Below are positions 26,262 to 38,634 of a DNA stretch of 64,000 bases, one piece after another (positions within the stretch are counted from its first letter, which is position 1; each line of letters begins with the position of its first letter). The DNA lies in the NCBI RefSeq assembly GCF_018977255.1, contig NW_024704743.1, positions 80,044,001 to 80,108,000 on the forward strand, in the 5' to 3' direction. The DNA is from Callorhinchus milii (lineage: Eukaryota). The translations under genes and the position numbers were made by a program. The notes below the pieces were generated by a model that saw nothing but the letters and a program-made list of their open reading frames with translations, was not told the origin of the DNA and did no database searches.

Positions 26262-26790
26262 TCCAGGACTTGATGTCTGAAAGACTATTCGTCAGGACAG
26301 CAGCGGTCCTGGAGTCGGGGTGGAGGCAGAGAAGTAGAGTTGGGTGTCATCCACATACATGTGGAAGTTAACCCCTGCCTGCGGATGATATTACCAAGTG
26401 GGAGCATGTCGACATTAAAGAAAGGACCAAGAACAGAGCCCTGAGGAATGCCTCGTGTGAAAGAGCAAGGGCTGGAGGAGAAGCCATTAGCGAATACAAA
26501 ATGGAGATGATGGGAAAGATAAGAATGAAACCGGGCAATGACAAAACTGTGAAGGTTAAAGTGAGAGGAGAGGTGGTGGAGAAGAATAGAGTGGTCAATA
26601 CTATCGGAGGCGGTAAAGAGATCAAGGAGACGAGGAGACAGGGAGAGGCCTGGTCACAGATGTACAGAATGTCATTTGTAACTTTGACTAAGGCCGTCTC
26701 TGTCCTATGGGTAGCACAGAAGCCAGATTGAGGGATTCATACAGGGAGTGGCGGGAGAAGAAAAAGTGAGGCTGGGAAGCAACACCTCAT
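26262..26790 (-). mobile_element. L2-like LINE RT fragment
   Basis: gtcatccacatacatgtggaagtt is antisense to NFHMYVDD (YADD-like); gagccctgaggaatgcc is antisense to GIPQGS. Confidence 0.85.
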
Positions 26791-26849
26791 TCCATAGGAA
26801 TGCCATGACCTAGGAAAGGAAGGTTGGAGCTTACACTGCCTTTAAGGTT

Positions 26850-27170
26850 CAAGTAGCCCCCTTGAAATGAGGCAGCCAAAACTGTCCTCGATACTGCTGG
26901 TGCGGCCTGACCAGCTCAGTGTACAGCTTAAACTTTACACTTAGTGTTCTGAACTGAACTAATTTGGCAATACAGCTCAGCATCCGGTTCTCTTTTATTT
27001 GCACCTCATACTGTTTTGACATAGTGAGTGACAAGTCAATTAAATTCCCTTGAATTTGAATTGCCTTCCCCTCAGCAAGTTTTATCCTGTCCATGGAATA
27101 GATGCATCTCTAATTTTTACTTCTGCTATGCAACACCTTGTATTTTTATCTGAATTGGTTTGTCATGTTT
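26850..27170 (-). mobile_element. CR1-like LINE fragment (degenerate)
   Basis: Minus strand reads ENRMLSCIAK...LYTELVRPHQQYRGQFWLPHFK. Confidence 0.7.
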
Positions 27171-27174
27171 CACC

Positions 27175-27535
27175 TTTAAATTCCTCCACAGTCTCACCTC
27201 ACCCTACCCCTGCAACCTCCTCAAACTGTAGCTTCCACCGCTCAGTGGGCACCAGCCTGCTTTGTGTTCACTGCCCTACCCACCCGACTATTGGCGGTCA
27301 GACTTTCAAACCATCTGTCCCCAGTGTCTGGAACTCTAACCTCCGACTTGTTCCCTCCCTCACCTCATTTAAGTTTGGTCTCAAGACTTACCTCTTTAAT
27401 CTCGCTTTCAGTTATCTTTCCCTTCTCCAATCCCCTCACCTCGCACCCCCAACTCAGCTGCCCAGCCAGGATTATTAAGTGTCGTGGGATGTCCTCCTGT
27501 TCTGAAAGGAGCCATATAAATGTAAATCTGTATTG
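27175..27535 (+). mobile_element. L2-like LINE 3' end
   Basis: PTIGGQTFKPSVPSVWNS...FKFGLKTYLFNLAF plus terminal stem-loop. Confidence 0.8.
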
Positions 27536-27661
27536 TCAGTGATCAGTCAAGCTGAATAGCCTGTTGAGCGCTCTTCGTAAAGTCTTAGCCATCTGCTCTG
27601 ACCTTTCTATCTTGGTGCAATTTGAAAATGTAACTACCTTGTGCTGAGCCTCAGGTCTTAG

Positions 27662-27900
27662 ATGTCAGGCTTGCTCAGTTGGTAGCATTCCTGCATGGGT
27701 CAGACAGTTGTGGGTTCAAGCCCCCTTTTGGACTTTGAGCTCATAGTTTAAGTTGACACTCCAATAGTGCTGCGTTATTTGTAGGTGCCGTCCTTCGGAC
27801 AAGTCGCTAAACTGAGATCCTATCTGGCAGTTCAGGTGGATATTAAAGATCCCATTGTACTATTCAAAAAGACAAGGATTTTTCCTGGTGTCCTGGTCAA
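27662..27900 (+). mobile_element. Deu-domain SINE, 5' part
   Basis: gctcagttggtagca...gggttcaagccc head (A/B boxes) and ggtgccgtccttcgga...aaagatccca core. Confidence 0.8.
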
Positions 27901-28439
27901 TTTGGGAACTATTCAATCATGTAGGGCATCTTAGTCAAACCAGATTATATGGGGATGGGAGTACAATAAAATTATCATCAGTGATAATTATCTCTCTTCA
28001 CTTTCTGCCCCCCACCACCTGCTTTGCAATATTAATTAGCCTCTCACACGTACACATGAAAAAAATCCTTTCACTTCATTGTAGATGGTGTTAACTGTGC
28101 TACAAGGATGGTAACCTAACCCGACCCTTATCTTACATTTCATATTAGTCAATGAATTCCTGAGGTCATTCTAGAAATATTTAGGTCATTGCGTTATTAC
28201 ATGAAGCCATTGAACAGTGAAGCTTATTGAAACCGTAGCATCAAGTAACAAGCTAATTATAGTCCTTGGCAGCTTTGCGTCTCTGACTTTAACTGGTTCT
28301 GGGTTACTTGGTTCACTGAAGCGAATTAATATTGCAAAGCGGGAGGACGAGATGATCAATGTAAAAGGAAGGAGTTCAGCTACTTTATTAGTTCTGGATA
28401 CTTTGAAAGAGTATTACTTTTCATGAGATCATCTTGACT

Positions 28440-28592
28440 CAGACTAAGGAGGGGTGAAATAAACAGGATCATTAACCTGAGCCCTGGAGATTACGTGGGT
28501 GTGCGTTTCAGGAGGAAACTGGATTGGATTTGGCTATAATGTCTTACATGGTTTAATATCCCACAATCTCACATGTGAAGAATGGAGGCCAT
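28440..28592 (+). repeat. Old SINE-like repeat (family F)
   Basis: ggattggatttggctataatg...ctcacatgtgaagaatgg. Confidence 0.5.
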
Positions 28593-29024
28593 TGGTCCAA
28601 AATCCCACCTAGTTTTCACCTGTAAGAACATTGTGCAGGATTGTGGAAAATGTTGAGCCAGGAAGAAGGGGAAGGTAACCGTCGACATGATCAAAGAGGA
28701 AGGTTTTCAAGTGCGTTCTGAAAATGGTGAAGCAGCGATAAGTGCTCCAAGATGCTGTCCTGCGTGAAAGGCGCTATATAAATGCAAGTAGTTGTTGTTG
28801 TTATTGGAGGTGATGAAACCGTGCAGGTGAGGAAAGTCCCACAAATCTATGAGCCGGTCATCTAATCCAACACCATGAATCGGTCTCTTTTGACTTTACC
28901 ATTAATGGCATCATGTGTGTATGTGTAGGGGTTGGGGGGGGGACGTCGAGAGGACGTCCCAAAGAACTGGACAGACAGAGTTACGTACTCTGTTGTAAGG
29001 AATATAATCTCCTATAACCTTAAC

Positions 29025-29328
29025 CTGCTTCACTTCCCCCGCCTCGCTCGCCCCACCATTGGCGGGCAGGCTTTCTGCCACTCTGCCCCCACCCACTGGA
29101 ACTCCATCCCACAGTCCCTCTGCCGCACCCTCTCACTTACCACCTTCAAGACCCATTTCAAGACCCTCCTCTTCGACCGTGCTTTCAATCACCCTGCTTC
29201 CCCCCCTGCCCTCTACACTCCCCAATCCCGACCCCCAGCTCGGGTCCAAAACTCTGACTGTCCAGCACCTTGGGATGTCCTCCTGACATGAAAGGCGCTA
29301 TACAAATGTAATTTTATTGTTGTTGTTG
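29025..29328 (+). mobile_element. L2-like LINE 3' end
   Basis: PTIGGQAFCHSAPTHWNSIPQSL...FKTHFKTLLFDRAF, stem-loop and (TTG)n tail. Confidence 0.9.
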
Positions 29329-30597
29329 TCTAGAAGACGGTGTGGATTAATGTCTTATACCAATAGGATAATTAATAAGAACCCTTCCTTTAGTTGGGAA
29401 AAATGGCATAACAGTCACTACACTATACATTTAATGAAAGCATATTAACTGCATGGTGATCCTCAAGGGAAAACATGTATTGCTGAGACATATATAGAAC
29501 GCATGGCAAGGAAGCATCTATTTGCATAGCATTGAAAAGGGTACAGCTGTGCTTGACAGTGCTTGAGTGAAGACTTTAACGTGTTTTCCCACCCTTTGTC
29601 TGGAAGTGCCAGTCATTCCTGTAATTTCATTGAACATCTATACTGATTCTTACACATTTCTAGACTGTTAGTTACTAAGACTAGTAGAACCTGTAAATGC
29701 TTGAAATTGGACAATGCAGCACAAAACACAATTAAGGAAAATATTGTTTCTGTAATACACATAGTAATTACTGGAATGAATATGCCAGGTCTTTATTATA
29801 CTTCTGTGCTGCAGTATTCTATGATTAGCTTTCTAAATTTGGCCATTATCATTACAGCTTAAAGTTTCTGTTGTTGTCAAGGTCTATTTAGAAAGCCTCT
29901 TTTGGATTTTCGCTTAGCAATATCAGATGGGAATGTATAAGTAGGGGTACAATATGGACTACATTGTAATGTGCCCCTTTTTGCTCAGAAAACATGTTGT
30001 TCCCTGGGATGCTATGCATCACCCTGTCAACGAACTTGTGAGTCAGACTCTTCAACAATAATAATAAAATCAATGATAATAATCCTTATATTTGGTATAG
30101 AGTCTTTCTCACATGGAGGACATCCCAAAGCATTTCACAGAGTACGCTATAAAACAGAATGACTGTGTTTTTGTGTGAAGATGCAGCAGCCAATCTTTGC
30201 ACACAGAATGACCCACAAACAACCATGAAGTGAGTGACCAGTTTTATTGGAGTATACTCAAAGCCAGTTCAGCCCACAACTGTAGATGTACCAACAAGCT
30301 AGTATAATTGAACATCATCCAAGTCAGTTCTTTTATATATAACAATCCAAACATCGCCATGGACAAATGTCAAATAACTAGTTGTTCCCCGAGAAACAAT
30401 TGAGCCACTGGGAGCATTCCACACTCTTTTATAAAGTCCTTTAAAAGTCACACAATTTACTATCTATTTCTACACAGGAGCCACATGTTTCAACCTTTGC
30501 TCAAATCACGTTAATGCATAATTTCAGGCCTGCAAATGGAATGGAATAATCCAGTAAAAGAAATAACCACACCTTACAGCAAAAAAATGTCTTTGTT

Positions 30598-30941
30598 ACC
30601 AGCATATTGCCTCGCAAGCAAGAGGACCTGGGTTTGATTCCCAGGGTGAAACGCTGAGCAAGGTTCCTTATTCCACACGCCTGTTTACCTAGCAGTAAAT
30701 CGGAACCCGGTTGTTAGTCAATTGGCGGATCGCTTTTCTGGGCATAATAATTACTTAAAAAAATAAGAATAAATTGGTCACTTCAATCCACGACTGTTCG
30801 TGGGACACTGCTGTGTGCAATTAGCTGCCGCTTTTGCCTACAAAATATAGTCAACTCACTTTTCAGTGTATTCTGTGAAGCACTTTGAGATATTTCATAG
30901 GTGATAAGGCACTAAATCAAATACAAGGATTATTATTATTA
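30598..30941 (+). mobile_element. tRNA-derived SINE (long subfamily)
   Basis: gacctgggtttgattccc B box, cacgcctgtttacctagcag internal segment, ggattattattatt tail. Confidence 0.85.
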
Positions 30942-31369
30942 TATGTCTGCCATTCTTTGTTTGTGTCACTAGATAGTGAATGTTGACAAGATATTCAGCG
31001 CCCGGCATGGAGGGCGCTATATAACTCCAAGTTGTTGTTGTTATTGTTCAGTCATTGGGTTTGTGTAGGTAGATATCCTAACTTATCTCGCAGAATATTT
31101 TGTAATTTTTCTTAATATATGCTACAAAATAGCAGGGATATGCTATAAAATATCTGGGGAGTGGAGGAGCAGGAGTTCTAATCTTAGTTGCATTTCTACT
31201 GCATACTGTGCCTTTAATTTAATCCATACAGACATGTGTGAAGTCATTAATTTAACATCAGCTAAACTTATTTGACTTTTATTCATCATGTGTATCCTAA
31301 TTTTCCCCTCTTCATAGCCAATATTAGAGAATATTTTGCCAAACTCACTGGAGGACACAGGTTGAATAT

Positions 31370-31560
31370 TGCCAAGGGCAATTTCAGAACAGATACCAGG
31401 AAATTTTTCTTTACCCAGAGGATAATTAACAACTGAAACAGGTTGCCAGGGAGGGAGGTTGAGGCCAGGTCCCTGGACTCTTTTAAAAGGCAGCTTGGTG
31501 TTGTGATGAGGGGACGGTAGGCTGGGTGTTCTGGAAGGATGAGATCAGGTGGGCTTTCAC
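31370..31560 (+). mobile_element. CR1-like LINE 3' fragment
   Basis: ggcaatttcagaacagataccaggaaatttttctttacccagagg encodes GNFRTDTRKFFFTQR. Confidence 0.7.
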
Positions 31561-32099
31561 ACTTACTTTTGGCTTTGCCAACATGAGCTGTTGGGAAATG
31601 TCTTTGACAGTGAATAAGAGCAACAGCAATTTTGCTTCAGTATTACTGCAGCTGAAAGAATTAAAGATCTTTATTATCACATGGGTATAGCAGCTTACTA
31701 CTCTCAACACTCCTTTCTTTCCTTGGCAGAGTTAAACTGCAGAGAACAATGAAGACAGTGTAATATCATGCAAACTGTTGATCTATCAGTGATTCATATT
31801 GCTGTAGTTCACTAGATGTACCGAGATAGCTGAGCTTTCGTAACCAAATGGCATGTGCTCGTAACACAATCCGCTCTCACAGTGAGCTTGTGCCTGTACT
31901 GTTGCTTAATCTGTATTACTGAGTCACTACTGACCAAAGAAGAGCATACAACATATCCTGACTTTGGATTTAGATTCCAAAGGGGAAGTTCCGATTTGCT
32001 GAATCTGAAGTATTTTCTCATGGATGTGTTATGTGTTATTCGGTACCTGGGAAATGTCATCTCATTTAGGTTATATAAAAAACAGATTTTATTGAACAT

Positions 32100-32290
32100 A
32101 TTTCACTTTCAAATCCTCCATGGCCTTGCCCCACCTTACCTCCACGATTTCCTACAACTCTCAGACCTTGGCTGCTCCCTCCGCTCAGCAAACAATGTCC
32201 TACTTCATATCCCCCGCCCAATCTGCCCCAGCATTGGTGGGTGAGCTTTCAAGCATTCTGCCTCTTCACTTTCGAACTGCATCCTGAAGT
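32100..32290 (+). mobile_element. L2-like LINE fragment
   Basis: LHGLAPPYLHDFL...LRSANNVLLHIPR...SIGG. Confidence 0.75.
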
Positions 32291-33035
32291 CCACTTTTCA
32301 GGTTTGCCTTATTGAACTTGTGATCCTGAGCCATCAGATCCTTCCCAGGTACTTGGGAAATAGTAAAATATCTTATGACTGTGTGTGTTTGAGGACATGC
32401 TTTATCAAGAGACAAACATATGACGAGATCCAATAACGTCAAATTAATCGAAACACTTTTGTACTTGTAGGCTCAAAATTCCATTTCATAGCATCATAGA
32501 ATTCTATAGCACAGAAGGAGGCCATTCGTCCCATTTTGCCTGTGCCGGCTCTTTGAAAAGAGCTATTCAATCCCACTCCCCTGTTCTCCCCCATAGCCCT
32601 GCAATTTTGTCCTCCCCAAATAATTATCTACTTCTCTCTTAAAAGCTTGTTATCAAATCAGATTCCACCACCCTTTCAGGCAATGCATTCCAGATCCAAA
32701 CAACTCGTGTGAAAACATTTCTCCTCACCTCCCCTCTGTTTATTCAATAACTATTTTAAATCGGTGCCCTCGGGTTAGCGACCCACCCGCCAGTGGAAAT
32801 AGTTTCTCCTTGTTCACCCTATTGAATCCCCTCATAATGTTGAAAACTTCTATTAAGTTTCCTCTTAACTCCTCTGCTCCAAGGAGAATAATCCTAGCTT
32901 CTCTAGCTCTCCTGATAACCAAAGTCCCTCATTTCTAGTTTGCACCCTCTCCAATGCCTTGACATCCTTCCTAAAGTGTGGTGCCCAGAACCGAACACAG
33001 TACTCTAGCTGAGGCCTAACCAGTGTTTTATAAAG

Positions 33036-33259
33036 AAAACGTAAAATACTGCAGATGCTGGAAATCTGAAACAAAAACAGAAGTCGCTGGAAACACTCAG
33101 CATGTCAGGCAGCATCTCTGGAGAAAGGAAAGTGAGTCAACGTTTCAGGTCCACATTCTGACGAAGGGTCGTGCACCCGAAACGTTGACTCACGTTTCTT
33201 TCTCCATAGATACTGCCTGACCTACTGAGTGTTCCCAGCGACTTCTGTTTTTGTTTCAG
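33036..33259. mobile_element. Palindromic non-autonomous element, probably Penelope-like (inverted terminal repeats), flanked by a 15-bp direct repeat
   Basis: Arms ~33066-33150 and ~33175-33259 are reverse complements; cagtgttttataaag at 33021-33035 and 33257-33271 (its first 3 nt overlap the arm end); removing the insert restores the CR1 [12 protein letters not shown] frame. Confidence 0.85.
33151..33190 (+). ncRNA. Minimal type-I hammerhead ribozyme motif (Penelope-like type)
   Basis: CTGACGA (33158-33164), A, stem II GGGT-cgtgc-ACCC (33166-33178), GAAAC, and palindromic AACGTT with a GUU triplet; activity not shown. Confidence 0.65.
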
Positions 33260-33814
33260 TGTTTTATAAAGGTTCATCATAACTTCCTGACTTTTGTATT
33301 CTATGCCCCTATTTATAAAGCCTAGTATCCCGTATGCTTTTTTAACAGCTTTATCTACCTGTCCTGCCACCTTCAAAGATTTACGTATATGAAACCCCAG
33401 GTTTCTCTGTTCCTTCACCCCCTTTAAGATTGTACAATCAACTTATATTGCCTCTCTTCATTCTTCCTCCCAAAATGCATTACTTCATATTTATCCACAT
33501 TAAACTTTATCTGCCACATGTCTGCCCATTTTACCAGTCTGTGTATGCCTATTTGCAGTCTGCTACCATCCTCCTCACTGTTTACTACTTTTTTGCTAGC
33601 TTAATATCTTCTGCAAACTTTGAAATTGTACTCCATATACCCAAGTCCAGGTCATTTATGTAGATCAAAAAGGTCAGTGGTCCCAATACTGACCCCTGGG
33701 GGATAACACTTGCCTCCAGTTAGAAAAACAACCGTTCACCACCACTCTCTGCTTTCTGTCTACCAGCCAGTTCTGTATCCATGCTGCCACTGTGCCTTTA
33801 ATACCGTGGGCTTC

Positions 33815-33989
33815 TTAAAATTTGTCTTCATATTTAAGAATTGTAGAAAATTCTTAAATTCATTCTTAATTTGGCAGTCAGATCTTTCTTAAGGAGTGCA
33901 GAATAAATGGCTTCCAAAATAAGTTTGAATTGAAGAAATTTGCACATTTCTGCGTAGTCTTTAATTTGATGACAAATCAGTCTTAAGGG
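33815..33989. mobile_element. Palindromic MITE (family of 53953-54122)
   Basis: atttgtcttcatatttaaga ... tctttaatttgatgacaaat inverted ends; terminal gtcttaaggg. Confidence 0.65.
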
Positions 33990-34371
33990 ATAAGACAAGA
34001 TGGTATTTCAAGCTTCAGATTTCAGGGTCAAAGTTTGGTACTTCAGTGCAGTGCTGGGGAATGCTGTGTTATCGGATGAGATGTTATACTGAGGTCCTGC
34101 TGTTTGCTTGTGTGAACAACAAAGATTCTGTAACACTATTTGAAAAGCATAAATCATTTCTCGCGGTGTTATGGTCAATGATCCTCCAGATCAAGGCAGT
34201 ATGCAGTCACTGCACAAAGCAATAATTACTTGTGAGCTCTAAAAATGAAAGTTCTTTTTTCTCAGATCACCTGATCATATTTCATATTAGCTTAGCTATA
34301 AACAACAATAACAATCTGCATATATACAATGACTTTCATGTTGGGAGAAAGTTTCAAAGCACTTTATGAAG

Positions 34372-35052
34372 ACTGAACAGCTTTCCTTTCCACCCCACAT
34401 CCATTCCGTGAACAGGAACACTTTATTCCACCTCTGCCACATTTCCCACCTCTGCCCATACCTCACAACTAATGCAGCCAAACCCTCGCCCGCACCTTCG
34501 TCACTTCCCGGCTGGACTATTCCAATATCCTCCTCACTGGTCTCCCTAGCTCCACGTTACACAAAATCCAATTAATTTGAAACTCCGCTGCCCGGATACT
34601 CAACCACACAAAACTCTGTACCCCCATCACACCAACCCTTGCCAAATTCCACTGACTCCCAATTACCAAACGGATCAAATTCAAGATCCTCTTACTTGCT
34701 TTCAAATCCCTTAATGCCCTTGTACCTCCCTACTTATCCAACCTGCTTATCCCCACTCCACCACCCGCTGCCTCCGCTCGCCTGGCTCCGGCTTCCTGTT
34801 TGTCCCTCGTCCCCTCCGCTCCACCATCGGTAGCTGTGCCTTCAGCCACTACGCCCTGAAACTCTGGAACACTCTCCCTCAAATGCTCTGCCTTTCCCCC
34901 TCCCTCCCCACTTTCAAATGCAGCCTAAAGACCTTCCTTTTTGATCGTGCTTATGGTAACCTTTCCCCTCCCTCTCCCACTGACTAGTTGTCAGACTCTG
35001 CTACTGTTAAACACTCTGCATGAAAGACGCTATATCCAAGTTGTTGTTGTTG
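34372..35052 (+). mobile_element. L2-like LINE 3' portion (degenerate)
   Basis: LSFPPHIHSV..LFHLCHISHLCPYLT; ggatcaaattcaagatcctc (IKFKIL); (TTG)n tail. Confidence 0.85.
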
Positions 35053-35590
35053 AATGGGACCCCAAATTGGAAAGGGACATGCAGAAAGTGTAGTCAAAGG
35101 GATAGGTCTTCAGGTGGGATTTGAAAACCGAGAGGGAATGGGTGAGGTCAGAGGGAGGGAGGGAGGAAAGGACATGAAGCAGGATAGAGTTGGAGGAGTG
35201 ACTGGGGGAGTAAGGTCAGAGAAGGTTCTAGAAATAGGTTGGTGCAAGACTGTTGAGGAAGTTGAAGGCGAGGACGTGGGTCTTTAAATTGATCCACTGG
35301 GGGATTGGGAGCCAGTGTAGGAGACATGTGAGGATAAAGGTGATGAGCTGAAGATACAGGCTTCTGTGGTTGGAGTGGGATGTAAATCCTGATAGAAATT
35401 TCTGCTTATTGGACCTCCATAAATGGATATGACGACTATGTTATACAGACATAGCACAACGAGTGACTGGTCACAAAGTGATGGCTGCTCATCTCATAGA
35501 CCTCTAGAGTCCCAATTTAGTGGCTGTAATCATTGGAAATAAACTGGCATTTCCAATGGGAATGTCAATCCTTTCAGACTGTGTATCCTG

Positions 35591-35605
35591 AGCGCCCTCT
35601 TCTGG
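35591..35605 (-). promoter_or_regulatory. Candidate CTCF-binding motif
   Basis: Minus strand CCAGAAGAGGGCGCT versus core consensus CCASYAGRKGGCRS; lies in non-repeat DNA. Confidence 0.45.
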
Positions 35606-35879
35606 TTACCTAAGGATAGATGATTTGAAGGGAGTCATCAATACTGGTGGTTGCAGTTTGTGCAGGAGAACGTGCTGGGCACTAGATCAAACCTTTCAAC
35701 TATGCTAGTGGCCAAACACATAGCAAAGACAGAAGGATAAATGGTAGATTAAAATTTTAATACCACACTGTACATTTTCACGTAATTTGCATCCTCAGAT
35801 GAACTATTAATATTGTCAGTCGCTCTGAATGTGCTGATTCTTGTTTGTGTATCAGTGGATGCCACTAGTCTTCCCGAGT

Positions 35880-36005
35880 GACTCATTCCTGGTAACATCC
35901 TTGTGAATCTTCGCTGCACTCTCTCCAATCCTAGAATATCCTTCCTGTGATATGGCAACCACAGTTGTACACACTAATCCAAATGTAGTCTAACCAAACT
36001 TTTAA
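35880..36005 (-). mobile_element. CR1-like LINE fragment
   Basis: Minus strand reads PYHRKDILGLERVQRRFTRMLPGM. Confidence 0.8.
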
Positions 36006-36571
36006 CCATTATTAATGAAGCCAGTTAATCTTGTCAATGGTGAATCCTTTTAAAGTCAAATAGATTTACAACAATATTGGTGGTTATTCTGCTTCAACTG
36101 CCAAATGTAATAAATTGGTTGATACACACTGGACTGTTTGCTAACTTTAGCAGGAGTGAAATTTTCAAATGAAGATGATAAATAAAATACTGAATTCTAA
36201 ATCTAACATTTTAATTACAGCCATTTATCAGCATGCAGTCATAAATTCACTGAAGGTAGCAAATGGAACGGATCAGAGCACATCAACAAATTTGCTGTGT
36301 TTAGCTAACGGAGCAGAATAGCTTCATTGGTTTTCGACACTCTGGAAATATGGAAAGGAAACTTTAATGGAGCAGTGTTGTTCTATTAAGAGTTGGGGAC
36401 TCTGGGCCAGCCAGGAACAGTATCATTAAAACCTTTGCTGCAGGTGTTCACTAGCTTTCTCTCTGCAGCAAGTTTACTCTATGGCAGACACAGTCCTGAA
36501 GTGCTGTAGATGGAGCTTTGCCCAGGTACATGAAGGTGTGGAAGAAACTATGGGAGTATCATGCAGCATTA

Positions 36572-37273
36572 AGAGTCCTGTAGCTTAATTGTTAGAGCAC
36601 TTGCAAGTGAGAAGATCTAGGTTCGATTCCTGGGCAGGGCAAAACGTTGGGTAAGGTTTCTTACTCCACACGCCTATGTTTACCTAGCAGTAAGCAGGAA
36701 CCCAATTGTTCGTCGATTAGCAGATCTGGGGATAATAATCCCTTCAAAATAAAAATAATGTACAAGAATAAGAATAATTTTGTCACTCAATCCACGACTG
36801 TTTGTGGGACACTTCTGTATGCAATTAGCAGTCATGTTTCACGCACAAAATACACAGTCATTTCACTTTATAATAATAATAATAATCCTTGCATTTGATA
36901 TAGTGCTTTTCACGTCGAGAGGACGTCCCAAAGCGCTTCACAGAACACACTGTAAAGTGAATTGACTGTATATTTGTGGGCGAACGCGGCAGCCAATTGC
37001 GCACAGCAATGTCCCACAAACAGTCATGGATTGAAAATGACCAATTTATTATTGTTTTGTTTTTTTGGAGGGATTATTATTAGGCGTGTGGAGTAAGGAA
37101 ACTTGCCCAAGGTTTCGCCCTGCCTGGAATTGAACTCAAGTCTCTCACTTGCAAAGCGAGTGCTCTAACCACTGAGCTACAGGACTCCACAAACAGTAAT
37201 ATCCTGTGAAGTGCTTTGAGACATCTCAAAGATGTGATAAGGCACTATATCAAATGCAAGGATTGTTATTATT
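36572..37273 (+). mobile_element. tRNA-SINE (long subfamily) split by an antisense SINE
   Basis: gagtcctgtagcttaattgttagagcac head and ggttcgattcc B box; tail resumes at ~37194 atcctgtgaagtgctttgag. Confidence 0.85.
36870..37190 (-). mobile_element. Young tRNA-SINE (short subfamily), full length
   Basis: Close reverse-complement match to 42507-42827. Confidence 0.95.
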
Positions 37274-37527
37274 AAAATATCTGTAAATCCAAATTAAGAA
37301 AAAAATAATACAATTGTTGCAATTCATGTAATTATTACTGTGAATTCAGCTGTCAGTCACATCTCTGTGACTGCATGAATAAGGTAAAGTGTCTAACATC
37401 CATCACTATTGTGAGATTGACTCTTTAATGGGTTCATGAGTAAATGGCTGGGAAGGTTGAAGCAACTAACAGGATAACAGGAATGCTGATTTACACAGAG
37501 AATTCTTAACCACAACAACAAGCTTTT

Positions 37528-38482
37528 CAGGTGGGACTTGAAAAAGGGGAAGAGAAGGGCCAAGGCACAGGGATTGAGGGAGAGTGTTCCAGAGTTTTGG
37601 GTCATAGTGGCTGAAAGCGCGACCTCCAATGGTGGGGCAGAGGGTGTGAGGGGCGAGCAGGAGGCTGGTGCCAGTCGAGCAGAGGCACCGAGTGGTGGAT
37701 TGGGGAGTGAGGAGGTTGGAGAGGTAGGGAGGTGCCAGGGAATGAAAGGATTTGAACATGAGTGTGAGGATCTTGAAGTCGATTTGTTCGGTGATAGGGA
37801 GCCTGTGGAGCCTGGTCAGAACTGGTGAGATGTGGGTACGGAGTTTGGTCCAGGTAAGTATGCGGGCAGCAGAGTTTTGAATGAGCTGGATCTTTTGAAT
37901 AATGGAGCTGGGTAGACCACATTCAACTGCAGGAAGTTTGCACTAATCCAGGCCCTGATGTCTGTCAGACAAGCTGATAGAACATTGGTGGACCTGGAGT
38001 TGGTACTGAAGGAGGCAAAGTAGATTTGTGTGTCATCCGCATACATGTGGAAGTTTACCATGTGTCTGTGGATGACATCACCAAGAGGGAGCATGTAGAT
38101 GAGGAGAAGAAGAGGGCCTTGGGGTAGCCCACAGGTGACCGGATGGGGGCAGGAGGAGAAACCATTTGTCAAGGTAAATGGAGGCGGTTGGTGAAGCAGG
38201 ACTCGAACCATGCAATTGCCGTCCCACAAAGGTGGATGTGGGAGGAGAGGTGGTGGAGGACGATGGTGTGTTCTACTATGTCGAAAGCAACAGAGAGATT
38301 CAGGAGGACAAGGAACAGAGGGAGCCCTGGTCATAGATGGAGAGGACATTATTTGTGACTTTGGTGCTGTCTCTGTGCTGTGGGCAGGGCGAAAACCAGA
38401 CTCCAGAGCTTGAGGAGGGAGTGGAGGGAGAGGTGTGTTCGAAGTTGACCTGCAAACATGGGGGGGAGGACAATGCAGCCAA
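37528..38482 (-). mobile_element. L2-like LINE RT-to-3' fragment
   Basis: [54 protein letters not shown]. Confidence 0.9.
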
Positions 38483-38634
38483 CTTAACAGCTGAAACAGG
38501 TTACCAGAAAGAGTGGTTGAGGCCAGGTTGCTAGACTTACTAAACAAATGGCTTCTTCCTGTGCAGGGAAGACAGTAGGATAGGTATTATAGCGAACGGG
38601 ATAAAAAGAGCTGACTGCCTTCTTTATTGCCAAC

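Larger units (their letters stand above)
32486..33812 (-). mobile_element. CR1-like LINE 3' portion, interrupted at 33036-33259
   Basis: KKAYGILGFINRGIEYKSQEVMMNLYKT (insert) [49 protein letters not shown]; tcatagaa tail. Confidence 0.95.

Noticed and set aside
37816..38547. 243-aa ORF
   Set aside because: Mosaic of frameshifted L2 RT segments; not an intact RT
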